From assembly GCA_964609965.1 (NCBI GenBank), contig CAZSTS010000001.1:265318-329317 (forward strand): 64,000 bases of DNA, written 5' to 3'. Both the position numbers and the translations under genes were made by a program. The DNA is from an uncultured Nitrospirales bacterium. Lineage in GTDB: Bacteria; UBA10199; JADGCS01. Below, piece by piece: positions 9,508 to 18,792 of the stretch. Under the pieces are notes generated by a model. The model had not been told where the DNA came from and searched no databases. It was given only the letters and a program-made list of their open reading frames with translations. The number at the start of each line of letters is the position of its first letter. Position 1 is the first letter of the stretch.

Positions 9508-11415
9508 TTAATACTTATCTAAGTAATCTTGAGCGTCATCATGTCTTTCTGGTCTTGCACCTGCATTAAAATCACCCATAGTAGCACTAATAGAGTTCTT
9601 GAAGCCCGAGACTGTTTCGCACATTGTTTTCAATAGTTTTCTTGCTGCTCCACCTGCTTTATAGAGATAATAAACAACTCCAGCAGCCACATCATTCTTA
9701 TGTGAATCATCAAGGCCATCAATATAAAGGAGAAGGCTAGCTGCTGCTTGTTCAGGTGATTGCAGTGCTACCTGATAAAGAGCCTTAAGCGCCATTGTAA
9801 CTTCTAATAAGTATTCATCGTCTTTAATACCTTGAAGAGTACCACCGTCGGTCTTATCTATATCACCTATCGCATCATCGATAGAATCTCTAACAACCTC
9901 ATCAACGACCTCAACGTAACCTGAATCCTGTGTTTCTTGTTTGGTCTCGAGATCTTTGAGGCACTCGTCAACACTTCCATCATCTGAAGCCCAACTGATC
10001 TGCGCAATTGTTTCTTTATAAAGAGCAAAGGCTTCTTTAAGCTGATCAATATCACTCCACTCATCCTGAAGGAACTCGACATAGGGATCTCCACCTGCTG
10101 GTTCGTTTCGGTAAAAGATATTTCCCCAAAAATCTCCTGCAGATCCATAATGACCCGCACCAGGAATTTGCAGGTTCGAAACCATAATGACCATTTGTTC
10201 GATCGCTGATAGATTTCCATCTGCTAAGAGAACATTGTGAAACTGGCCTGCGGCAGTGCCACTGAAAAAAGCCTGCCAATACGTTGATCCGCCTTTGAGA
10301 GCTAAAGTCATTATAAGTGTAGTCACAATATCTTCTTGTAGGCTCTGATCAAGACCACTGATGGATCGAATAAAATCACCCGTGCACTGGTCTGCATTAT
10401 TTAATTCGCCTTCAGACTCATTGAGAAAACCAAAAAGAGTCTCTATACCTTCTTCAACATAACCTGCTACACCACTAGAACCATTTGCTGCATACTGAGG
10501 AACCATTTCAGGAATAGAGTCCATGATGTTATCAATATTTCCAATAAAGCTTGTTTTGTTGACTTCATCTTTGTGGAGATTATCATAAACCGAGAACATA
10601 TTATCATTAAAGAAAGCAAGTTTTTGAAAGTCTGTGTCCCAGGATTTGTACTGAGATTCAGGGATTGTGTTTTCATTGCTAAAATCAAAATACACATCAA
10701 CACCATCTTGAAGACCTTCTAAATCAATAAATTTTGTCTCTCCTGTGAGTGAGTTTGTAATAGTAATTCTTGTTATGCCATCAGAAACCTTAGCCACAGA
10801 TTGCACAATATCTTCGGGCTCCAAACCAATAAAAATAGACTGGCCCAAATCAATTCTATCAAGAGCTTCATTATCTAATCGAATTTCTTCATCACGGTAT
10901 GTGAGCATACCATCACCATCTAAGTCCTCACGAGCAGTAGAGTCTACTGTTTCAAAAATACCTGGATCCCCACCTGTGGCATTAACATAAACCGTTTCAT
11001 ACTGACCAATATCACCTGAGTTTATGAAAACATCTTCATCTGTTCTTCGAAGCAATAGATTTGCCTTTGTAACACAGCCTTCAACTGCTTCAGCAAGCTC
11101 GCAATTAATCATGTCTTCGAGTTCTTTTAAATCATCAATTTCTCTTTGTATGCGCGCCGCCTTGGATGACTGTATCTCTTCATCAACCTCCTTTAATTCA
11201 TCTTTTAGACCTTCTTGTAATTCATCGAGATCATCTCTAGCTATTTCAGCACCATCACGAAAATCATCTATGAACTGCATTCGCTGTGCTTCAGTCATGT
11301 CCTTGAGATCTAACTCTAAAAAATCATATAGAGTGTCATTCTCAAAATGCTGAACAAGTTCCTCTACATCATAAGTGGTGTCACCGGCTATTATGTCTCC
11401 ATACTCTTGGCTCAT
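9508..11415 (-). CDS. Large, highly acidic hypothetical protein (635 aa, no signal peptide seen)
   Basis: Long uninterrupted ORF; the antisense ORFs in the track are shorter and low complexity. I recognise no motif. Confidence 0.6.
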   Translation of the reverse strand: MSQEYGDIIAGDTTYDVEELVQHFENDTLYDFLELDLKDMTEAQRMQFIDDFRDGAEIARDDLDELQEGLKDELKEVDEEIQSSKAARIQREIDDLKELEDMINCELAEAVEGCVTKANLLLRRTDEDVFINSGDIGQYETVYVNATGGDPGIFETVDSTAREDLDGDGMLTYRDEEIRLDNEALDRIDLGQSIFIGLEPEDIVQSVAKVSDGITRITITNSLTGETKFIDLEGLQDGVDVYFDFSNENTIPESQYKSWDTDFQKLAFFNDNMFSVYDNLHKDEVNKTSFIGNIDNIMDSIPEMVPQYAANGSSGVAGYVEEGIETLFGFLNESEGELNNADQCTGDFIRSISGLDQSLQEDIVTTLIMTLALKGGSTYWQAFFSGTAAGQFHNVLLADGNLSAIEQMVIMVSNLQIPGAGHYGSAGDFWGNIFYRNEPAGGDPYVEFLQDEWSDIDQLKEAFALYKETIAQISWASDDGSVDECLKDLETKQETQDSGYVEVVDEVVRDSIDDAIGDIDKTDGGTLQGIKDDEYLLEVTMALKALYQVALQSPEQAAASLLLYIDGLDDSHKNDVAAGVVYYLYKAGGAARKLLKTMCETVSGFKNSISATMGDFNAGARPERHDDAQDYLDKY

Positions 11416-11622
11416 AAATCTCCAAACAATAGCTTACACTACTTACTATTTTAAGCAATTTTAGTGCCAAGGGGAAGGTATTATCTTATAATCATAAAGC
11501 ATTCCATATCTGCTTGAATACATTGATTTATTTAATATGTGGCTGTATTGAGTTTCTAGAGTATTCAAGATAATAAATGCAAAAACCCCTCAAATCCTAA
11601 TATGATAGGGGACTTTAGACCT

Positions 11623-12228
11623 ATGGCACGTAAACCATTTGAAAGAAAAGACCGCTTCTATAACAAAGCCAAAAAAGAGGGCTACCCTGCCCGCTCAGCC
11701 TATAAGATCATTGAATTAGACGGAAAGTACGGTATTTTTCGCTCAAGTAACATCGTCATAGATCTTGGCGCAGCCCCTGGTGGCTGGTTTAAGGTGGGAC
11801 AAGAAAGATTGGGAAAAAAAGGAAAAATCATTGGTGTTGATCTCCTGCCTTTAGCTACGCCTCTCAATGATAGATCAATTTTCAAACAAGCAGATTTTAC
11901 AAAAACAGAAACCAAGGATTGGATAAAGAAAAACTGTGAGCACGGTGCTGATTGGGTTATTTCTGATCTTTCACCAAATATCTCAGGGATTAAATTCAAA
12001 GACACAATGGCTTCTGATGAATTAGCTCGTCAGGCCTATGATTTTGCTAAAGAGACTCTCAAACCATCAGGTTGTTTTTTGTGTAAAGTATTTCCAGGAA
12101 AAGAACTCGAAGATTTTCTTAAAGAACTAAGATCTCACTTCAAAAAAGTCTCTACATCAATCCCAGACGCAACACGAAAATCATCAACCGAAGTTTACGT
12201 CATCGCCCTAAACCCCCACCATAAGTAG
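11623..12228 (+). CDS. rlmE: 23S rRNA (uridine-2'-O)-methyltransferase RlmE/FtsJ
   Basis: RSAYKIIELD.KYGIF......VIDLGAAPGGW...DWVISDLSPNISG..., the FtsJ SAM-MTase signature. Start set at MARKPF; the track ORF starts at 11602. Confidence 0.85.
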   Translation: MARKPFERKDRFYNKAKKEGYPARSAYKIIELDGKYGIFRSSNIVIDLGAAPGGWFKVGQERLGKKGKIIGVDLLPLATPLNDRSIFKQADFTKTETKDWIKKNCEHGADWVISDLSPNISGIKFKDTMASDELARQAYDFAKETLKPSGCFLCKVFPGKELEDFLKELRSHFKKVSTSIPDATRKSSTEVYVIALNPHHK

Positions 12229-12873
12229 ATTATACATGGCTTTTACAGGAGGCCATAATACCTTGCCCAACGCCCCTGTGAGAACCAAAAGGATAAGAAC
12301 CACTGGACCAAGTCTGGTAAAAAGAGCCTCAAAACGATCATCTAGTCCTCTGGGTAAAATTGCATAGAGGATCTTTGAACCATCTAAAGGAAAGACTGGT
12401 ATGAGATTGAATAGAAATAAAATGATATTTAAGAACAGATAACTTTGAAAAGCATAATTGAGAACACTGATAAAATTATCGGGGACACTTCCGTAGAGAT
12501 GTGGCACAGCATATATAAATACCCTGTAGAGTGCAGCCAATAAAATAGCTATAGCCAAATTTGACAAAGGTCCTGCAGCTGACACCCAAAATATACCTTC
12601 TTTATATTTTTTGAACTTAAAGACATTAACAGGCACTGGTTTTCCCCACCCAAGCAAGGGCATATTAAAAACAATGATGAGAATTGGCATGAGAAGTGTC
12701 CCAATAGGATCCATATGTACAAAGGGGTTTAAAGAAACGCGCCCTTGATTGAGAGCTGTATTATCACCAAACTTATGAGCAATATAGGCATGCGCGGTTT
12801 CGTGAATAGAAATCGCCAGCAAAAGACCTGGCATTAAAATAACAAGTCGATAAATATTTGATTGTAAGTCCAT
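12208..12873 (-). CDS. Site-2 protease family (M50) membrane metalloprotease
   Basis: HETAHAYIAHKFGD motif, several TM spans, FPLDGSKIL second motif. Confidence 0.8.
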   Translation of the reverse strand: MDLQSNIYRLVILMPGLLLAISIHETAHAYIAHKFGDNTALNQGRVSLNPFVHMDPIGTLLMPILIIVFNMPLLGWGKPVPVNVFKFKKYKEGIFWVSAAGPLSNLAIAILLAALYRVFIYAVPHLYGSVPDNFISVLNYAFQSYLFLNIILFLFNLIPVFPLDGSKILYAILPRGLDDRFEALFTRLGPVVLILLVLTGALGKVLWPPVKAMYNLLMVGV

Positions 12874-12896
12874 TTATTCCTCAATTTTCAATTTAA

Positions 12897-12924
12897 CTAT
12901 CGATTATCGTCTATCGATATTCTC
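12897..12924. repeat. Heptad-phased repeat CTATCGA/TTATCGT/CTATCGA/TATTCTC
   Basis: Abuts the xerD stop codon (12925). The 20-mer CTATCGATTATCGTCTATCG (12897-12916) recurs exactly at 18838-18857. Confidence 0.85.
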
Positions 12925-13818
12925 TCATCCCCTTGGATGAAACTTTTTATGTATCTCTCTTAATCTCTCTCGAGTCACATGTGTGTAAATCTGCGTTGTC
13001 GAAATATCTGCGTGTCCTAACATGATTTGAACAGAACGGAGGTCTGCTCCATTTTCGAGTAAATGCGTTGCAAAAGAATGCCGAATCACGTGAGGGCTGA
13101 TTGTTTTCTTTATGCCACATTGCGTGGCCAACTTCTTTAAATATTTCCAAAAAGTTTGTCTTGTAATTGCCTTGCCTGACGGACCTAAAAACACATAAGG
13201 AGAAGTACGTCCCTTGAGCAGCTTTGGTCGATGCTCATTGTAATAGTCTTCAAGCACTTTAATGGCTACTTTGCCAACTGGCACATACCGTTCCTTTGAT
13301 CCCTTTCCAAAGGCCAAAACATAACCAGATTGGAGATTCACGTCATTGAGTTTGAGATTCACAAGCTCAGAAACCCTCAGCCCTGTAGCGTATAGCAATT
13401 GAAGCATGGTGTAGTTTCGTGCTTCCTTGGCAGATAGTTTTTGCCCCCTAACATCGAGAAGCAGGTCTACTTCTCGAAGAGTGAGATATTTGGGCAATTT
13501 AAAACCCAATTTTGGTAAATCCAAATTAGCCGAAGGATTACTAGAAATGTATTCTTCGTTTTTTAGGTATTGGTAAAAATTACGAATGGCCACCAAGTTT
13601 CGAGAGAGTGTCGAAGCGCTAATCTTTTCTTCTTGTCGGCGATACATGGCAAATTCTAAAAAATGGTCTTTTTCAGTTTTTTTCCAAGAAGTGATCCTTC
13701 GTTTTTTGATGAACGTAAACCAATAACCCAAATCCCGGCTATAGGCTTCTAAGGTGTTCTTGGCTAAATGTTTTTCAACTCGCAAATAGTGGAGATATTC
13801 ATCAATTCTTTCTTGCAC
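12925..13818 (-). CDS. xerD: Tyrosine recombinase XerD/XerC
   Basis: N-terminal SAM-like domain (YLRVEKHLAKNTLEAYSRDL) and catalytic text LLYATGLRVSELV..., HVIRHSFATHLLENGADLRSVQIMLGHADISTTQIYTHV. XerC versus XerD is not resolvable by eye. Confidence 0.85.
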   Translation of the reverse strand: MQERIDEYLHYLRVEKHLAKNTLEAYSRDLGYWFTFIKKRRITSWKKTEKDHFLEFAMYRRQEEKISASTLSRNLVAIRNFYQYLKNEEYISSNPSANLDLPKLGFKLPKYLTLREVDLLLDVRGQKLSAKEARNYTMLQLLYATGLRVSELVNLKLNDVNLQSGYVLAFGKGSKERYVPVGKVAIKVLEDYYNEHRPKLLKGRTSPYVFLGPSGKAITRQTFWKYLKKLATQCGIKKTISPHVIRHSFATHLLENGADLRSVQIMLGHADISTTQIYTHVTRERLREIHKKFHPRG

Positions 13819-13866
13819 GCAAGGACGATAACGTCAGTTTCTTGCAAAAACAAGGAGATTTATGGC

Positions 13867-14541
13867 ATGTGCAATGCCATGAAGTCGAAACGTCTCGAAA
13901 ATTTATACCGCCAACCTCTTTTGCCATCAGAGGAATCAAAAAAAGAACTTCCTTTAGAGCACATACTTGCAAAAGAAATGGTTTATTACCCTAGCGAGCC
14001 CTCTGATTGGAGATTTGATATTGTTGAGATTGGGCCTGGTAACGGTGATTTTCTCTTTCATTTAGCTAAGGAACATCCTGGCAAAAAGATTTTAGGAATC
14101 GAACTCGGGCAAAAACGTTTTAACAAAATTTCTAAGCGACTCGAAAAAAGAGGCATTACAAACGTCACTCTCATTCATGGTGATGCACGGATTGCTTTCT
14201 ATAATAAAATTCCTGATAGCTCGATTGCCAAATGCTACGTTCTCTTTCCAGATCCTTGGCCAAAAAATCGCCACTGTCATCGCCGCCTTCTTCAAAAAGA
14301 TTTTTGTGAACTCATCTCAAAGAAAATCAGTTCGAAAGGACGGTTTACCTTAGCAACTGATGTTAAAGATTATGCCACCTGGGCATTTGATAATTTCTCA
14401 AAAATTAATTCTTTAAATCCCTGCCCTGGGTCCGAAGATCTCAAAACCCCTCCTAAAGATATCATTCCAACCTATTTTCAGAAAAAGTGGAAAGAATGGG
14501 GACGTGATTTTAGGTATGTGAGATTTGAGAAAAAAGACTAA
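13867..14541 (+). CDS. trmB: tRNA (guanine-N7)-methyltransferase
   Basis: VEIGPGNGDFL...ILGIELGQKRF...LFPDPWPK.RH..RRLL. Start chosen at an internal Met (13867 or 13879) to avoid overlapping xerD; the track ORF starts at 13768. Confidence 0.85.
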   Translation: MCNAMKSKRLENLYRQPLLPSEESKKELPLEHILAKEMVYYPSEPSDWRFDIVEIGPGNGDFLFHLAKEHPGKKILGIELGQKRFNKISKRLEKRGITNVTLIHGDARIAFYNKIPDSSIAKCYVLFPDPWPKNRHCHRRLLQKDFCELISKKISSKGRFTLATDVKDYATWAFDNFSKINSLNPCPGSEDLKTPPKDIIPTYFQKKWKEWGRDFRYVRFEKKD

Positions 14542-14542
14542 C

Positions 14543-14809
14543 CTACGAATTGCTAATCGCCTCTTCTAATCTTAGCTTCCAATCTGACACCATTTTTTTT
14601 GCCTGATCACCCTTTGTAAATAGTTCTTCGGCAATATTAAGCGCACCTAAAATAGCTACATTTTGAGTAGAAATGGTTGCAGATCGATGTTTAATGGCAT
14701 GCATGACTTTGTTGACGTGATCTGTGACTCTCTTGACATGGTTCTCGTCATTCTCGGTCTTGAGTACAAATTTTTGATCTAGAATTTTAACTTCGAATGT
14801 TTTTTTCAT
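14543..14809 (-). CDS. zapA: Cell division protein ZapA
   Basis: MKKTFEVKILDQKFVLKTENDENHVKRVTDHVNKVM...VAILGALNIAEELF fits the ZapA pattern. Start set at MKKTF. Confidence 0.7.
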   Translation of the reverse strand: MKKTFEVKILDQKFVLKTENDENHVKRVTDHVNKVMHAIKHRSATISTQNVAILGALNIAEELFTKGDQAKKMVSDWKLRLEEAISNS

Positions 14810-14898
14810 AATTTGATAAGTAAAAAAACATACGAAATGAGTCAAGGAATGATTAAAGTTTTAGATGATACATGCTCTTTATCTCTTTGAATTATAGT

Positions 14899-16059
14899 CT
14901 AAAACGAAATGGTTAAACCTGATTGAACCTCTGGAATAATGGTGTCCGGGCTTACGAGAACAGCACCACCCACAGCAAGACGGACATCCCAAATATCTTC
15001 TATGCCAAAACCAGCACTGATTACATCAAGCGTTCCCCTGGCATAGGGCTGAACTCGGACCTGTTCATATTTCCCAGTATCTAAATCGGCTTCAAACATA
15101 ATCCCCGTCTCTAAACCAAGTTCCATAAAACGAAATCCCTTGGATTTCCACGTCATCCAAGGAAGTAACGGAGCTAATCGAAGATCATAGCCAAGAGCAG
15201 TATAAAATTCCACTGCTTCACCTTCTTCATTTCTAAGATCCCCAAAACCAATTGAGCCCATCGCTCTTAAGTAGCGACCAATCCGGTGAAGCCCCAAAGA
15301 ACTGTGCAGATGGGATCTTTTTGGGCTAAAACCTAACTCAAAATGAATTTCACTTCCTGTGTGATAATTATCAACAGGCATGGCATCATACACCTCTTCA
15401 CACCACTCATCTGCTGTTTTTCCAGTGTACTCTTGAACAATCTCATCAACTCCTTCAATGCTTGGTCTACCAATATAAAAATCCAGAGGCTGTGATTCCA
15501 TTGCAACAACCATATCAATGAGAGCCTGTTCGCCAACGGTATCTATAATGTGTGTAATAACTCTATAACTAAATCCATAACTCAAACCTTCTCTAATCAA
15601 AGAACTAGGTTGCTCAGGAAATGATTTTTCAAAATCATCCAAATCAATATTTGGCTGATTAATTGATCTTGAGGGAGTTCTTTGTGCTCCATCATACTTA
15701 TTTGCCATCCAGATGGCTAAACCTTCAGCTAAATATAAATTAGCCCCACCCACCGCCACAAGCCAACTTGTAGCCACATGCGTTAATTCATGCACAACGG
15801 TATTCATGCTAAATGGTTCACTTACATCAAAAACAATCCTTTCAGAGCAAGCACCTGATCTTTCAGAAGAACAATTTCCAGGCATATTGGCAAAAGAAAC
15901 ATCAACACCCCTAGGAAAAATAAAGCCCTGATCTTTTAAAAAACTTAAAGCCTTATCTAAATAAACTTCGGATGCCGGCCATTCTTCAGAGTATTCAACA
16001 CCTGAAAACAGATTTGTATAAATAGAATTAATCATAGATGCCCAAATACAAAACAGCAC
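14899..16059 (-). CDS. Hypothetical protein with HExxH (VVHELTHV) motif, putative zinc metallopeptidase
   Basis: Only the HELTH motif and ORF length support the call; no family recognised. Confidence 0.35.
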   Translation of the reverse strand: MLFCIWASMINSIYTNLFSGVEYSEEWPASEVYLDKALSFLKDQGFIFPRGVDVSFANMPGNCSSERSGACSERIVFDVSEPFSMNTVVHELTHVATSWLVAVGGANLYLAEGLAIWMANKYDGAQRTPSRSINQPNIDLDDFEKSFPEQPSSLIREGLSYGFSYRVITHIIDTVGEQALIDMVVAMESQPLDFYIGRPSIEGVDEIVQEYTGKTADEWCEEVYDAMPVDNYHTGSEIHFELGFSPKRSHLHSSLGLHRIGRYLRAMGSIGFGDLRNEEGEAVEFYTALGYDLRLAPLLPWMTWKSKGFRFMELGLETGIMFEADLDTGKYEQVRVQPYARGTLDVISAGFGIEDIWDVRLAVGGAVLVSPDTIIPEVQSGLTISF

Positions 16060-16089
16060 AAAGATAGAAGGTAATTTATTTAAATAATC

Positions 16090-16809
16090 TTATCTAGCGA
16101 GTTCCCCTAATTCCGCTACTGTTAAATAACGAAACTGCCCTGATCTTAGCCCTTTTAACTTAACCGGCCCAATCGCAATCCTCTTAAGCTCCTTAACAAT
16201 AATCCCCATAGCATCACACATACGTCTGATCTGACGGTTTTTTCCTTCGTGGATCACAAACTTTAATATTGTAGATGTTTTGTTTTGCCGCAGTATTTCA
16301 ATATCTGCGGGTAATGTTCTCACTCCATCTAAAACAATACCTCCTCTCAGACATTCAAGTTGCTTTTTGGTCAATCGAGACGTTGTTTTCATTTCATACA
16401 CTTTTTCGATGTGATATCTTGGGTGAGTGAGTTTGAGAATAAGTTCACCACTGTTAGTGACAATAAGAGCCCCTTGAGTATTATAATCCAAACGACCCAC
16501 AGGTTTAAGATGATGCATGTCCATGGGCAAAAGGTCGTAGATTGTTTTCCTGTCTTCTGTATCACTACGGGTGACAAGAACACGCCTTGGTTTATTTAAA
16601 AGAATTGCCACAGGCTCGTCTTGATTCTTAAACTGAAAGGCCTTCCCATCAATTTGGATTTTGTCTGTGGCTGGGTCGACCTTCTTTCCTTGTGCTGTCA
16701 CAAGAATTCCATTTACCTTGATTTTTTTATCATCAATGAGGCGTTCAACAGCTCGACGAGAATACTGCCCTGTGGAGGCTATGATTTTTTGAATGCGTTC
16801 TTTGACCAC
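16090..16809 (-). CDS. rluB: Pseudouridine synthase, RsuA/RluB family
   Basis: N-terminal S4 domain (RIQKIIASTGQYSRRAVERLI...KVNG) and catalytic GRLDYNTQGALIVTNSGEL. Confidence 0.85.
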   Translation of the reverse strand: MVKERIQKIIASTGQYSRRAVERLIDDKKIKVNGILVTAQGKKVDPATDKIQIDGKAFQFKNQDEPVAILLNKPRRVLVTRSDTEDRKTIYDLLPMDMHHLKPVGRLDYNTQGALIVTNSGELILKLTHPRYHIEKVYEMKTTSRLTKKQLECLRGGIVLDGVRTLPADIEILRQNKTSTILKFVIHEGKNRQIRRMCDAMGIIVKELKRIAIGPVKLKGLRSGQFRYLTVAELGELAR

Positions 16810-17972
16810 TATTTTGTCTCTGGGTTTTCGGTTTGTTCTTCGGGTTGTGATGAATTGATAGGAATAACGTTATCTACGACTTGTTCAGTCTGCGTTTGAT
16901 CAGGGGCACCTTCACCCAATTGGGTGTCTGCACCCAGTTGGGCGTCTGCACCCAGTTCTTCCTCTTTTTCTGTTAAGTGTTCTCTCACAATCTTTTTCTC
17001 AACTTTGCGAAGCTCTTTTATTGATTCGTTTAAATCACCTAATATGGCATTTTCTTCTGCCGAAAGAGTGTCGACTTTATCATCCATAAGATCTTCAATA
17101 TGAATACCCTTCTTAGCTTGCTCTTGATCTTGATCCTCTATCTCATCTTTTTCTTGTGATAATTTTAGCGACTTGTAGTCATTCAAGTTTGGCAGGTCTT
17201 TGAGATTATTCAGGCCAAATATTTCTAAAAACTTTCCTGAAGTCCCATAAACCAAGGATCTCCCAGGCTCATCACTGCGTCCAATAAGACGAACAATCCC
17301 TTTATCAATAAGGGTTTTGATCACGCCTCCTGAGTCTACACCTCTAATATCCTCAATTTTCTGCCTTGTAATTGGCTGTTGGTAGGCCACAATGGCAAGC
17401 GCCTCAAGAGCCGAAGGTGAAAAACGAGAAGGGATCTGCATTTTTTCATCTTTAAGATAAAGAGAAATTTCGTATTTGGTTCTAAACTGATAACCCTTAG
17501 CTACTGTGACTAGCTCGATACCATGTTCACTGCGATTGAGCTCTTCTTGGATTTCTGTAAGAATTGTCCTGACATCAGAATTGGTAATTTCATCCTCAAA
17601 TTCCATCTGCTTTTGCATGAGTTGTTCTTTGATGTCGTTAACAGTGATTTCGTCATCCTCTGAATATTCCTCTGTATCAGAATTCTTCTCTTCACCCTCT
17701 TCTTCTTGATTATCCGAACCAGGTTCCTCACTACCATCCTTTGGAGAGCCTTCACCAAATTCAGGCTCCGAAGAAACCAATTTAAGATCTGCTACATTCT
17801 CTTCTGGAATTGAGGTTTCTGCTGATTCAGCTAATTCTATTTCTTTTTGTTTTTCTTTTTTTGCAACCTGTCTGACCTTCTTGGCTATTTTCTGTAAAGG
17901 AACTGGTTGTGTTGCCACAAATAGCATTGCTTCTATTGTTGCCTTAAGTTTTGTTTTTAAATTGTAGTCCAT
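16809..17972 (-). CDS. scpB: Segregation and condensation protein B with a long acidic insertion and repeat tail
   Basis: ATIEAMLFVATQPVPLQKIA... and IELVTVAKGYQFRTK...ALEALAIVAYQQPITRQKIEDIRGVDSGGVIKTL are ScpB blocks. About 120 aa of acidic insert separates them. Located downstream of scpA. Confidence 0.8.
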   Translation of the reverse strand: MDYNLKTKLKATIEAMLFVATQPVPLQKIAKKVRQVAKKEKQKEIELAESAETSIPEENVADLKLVSSEPEFGEGSPKDGSEEPGSDNQEEEGEEKNSDTEEYSEDDEITVNDIKEQLMQKQMEFEDEITNSDVRTILTEIQEELNRSEHGIELVTVAKGYQFRTKYEISLYLKDEKMQIPSRFSPSALEALAIVAYQQPITRQKIEDIRGVDSGGVIKTLIDKGIVRLIGRSDEPGRSLVYGTSGKFLEIFGLNNLKDLPNLNDYKSLKLSQEKDEIEDQDQEQAKKGIHIEDLMDDKVDTLSAEENAILGDLNESIKELRKVEKKIVREHLTEKEEELGADAQLGADTQLGEGAPDQTQTEQVVDNVIPINSSQPEEQTENPETK

Positions 17973-17987
17973 ATTATTCTCTCGTTG

Positions 17988-18788
17988 TTATTTATAAGAT
18001 TCAACTGATTCTATGCTATCCCTATCCTCTAATAAACCTTCACTTATCTCTAAACGCCTCATAAGCCTAATGGGCTGAAACGTGTCTGTTTGATAAATCT
18101 TTGTCATTTTCAATTTTGTAAGTTCCAAAACCGCTAAGAATGTCACAACAACAGCCATGCGTGTTTTATCTCCTGTAAAGAGATCAGTAAAAAGAACTGA
18201 TTCACTTTTTTTGAGAACATCTAATATTTCATAGAGTCGATCCGAAACTGATATTCTTTCGGCCAAAATATGGTGCTCAAGCTTTTCGTTAGGGAGACGT
18301 TCTAATACTTCGGAAAAAGCTTTAATGAGTTCCATTGAATCAACATCGAAGAAATCAATGGCTCTTTCTTTCTTCTCATTATTCTCTAATTCACCCTCTT
18401 CTATAAATGAGCCACGGCAAAAAATATCTCGATTAAGCCAAGATCTCTTTTTGAGATCAGTCGCCGCCATTTTATAGCGTTCATACTCCTTGAGTTTGGC
18501 AATCAAGTCTGCTGCCATGGGATCATCATCATCTTCAATATTCTCTGCTTCATTAGGAAGAAGCGTTCTCGATTTGATGTAGGCAAGCTCCGATGCCATA
18601 AAAAGAAAATCACTTGCTAGATCAACATTGAGCTCCTTTAAGGTATCGAGGTATTTCAGATATTGATCAGTCACTTGAGCCAATGAGACTCGAGATATCT
18701 CGAGATCATTTTTTTTGATCAGATACAGGAGTAACTCAAAAGGCCCTTCAAAGACATCGAGCTGTAATGTTATTGTTTCTTGATTCAT
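17988..18788 (-). CDS. scpA: Segregation and condensation protein A
   Basis: LDVFEGPFELLLYLIKKNDLEISRVSLAQVTDQYLKYL is a ScpA signature. Adjacent to scpB. Confidence 0.85.
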   Translation of the reverse strand: MNQETITLQLDVFEGPFELLLYLIKKNDLEISRVSLAQVTDQYLKYLDTLKELNVDLASDFLFMASELAYIKSRTLLPNEAENIEDDDDPMAADLIAKLKEYERYKMAATDLKKRSWLNRDIFCRGSFIEEGELENNEKKERAIDFFDVDSMELIKAFSEVLERLPNEKLEHHILAERISVSDRLYEILDVLKKSESVLFTDLFTGDKTRMAVVVTFLAVLELTKLKMTKIYQTDTFQPIRLMRRLEISEGLLEDRDSIESVESYK

Positions 18789-18792
18789 TTTT

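Noticed and set aside
10745-11353. Plus-strand ORFs antisense to the 635-aa acidic gene (and similar antisense ORFs inside clpA, the apgM-like gene, the Na/Pi transporter gene and bamA)
   Set aside because: They are Ser/low-complexity translations of the opposite strand of long, well-supported genes. These are typical shadow ORFs.
12925-13818. Tyrosine recombinase as the integrase of a mobile element
   Set aside because: The sequence and length fit chromosomal XerC/D. The flanking genes are housekeeping and I saw no att-like repeats around it.
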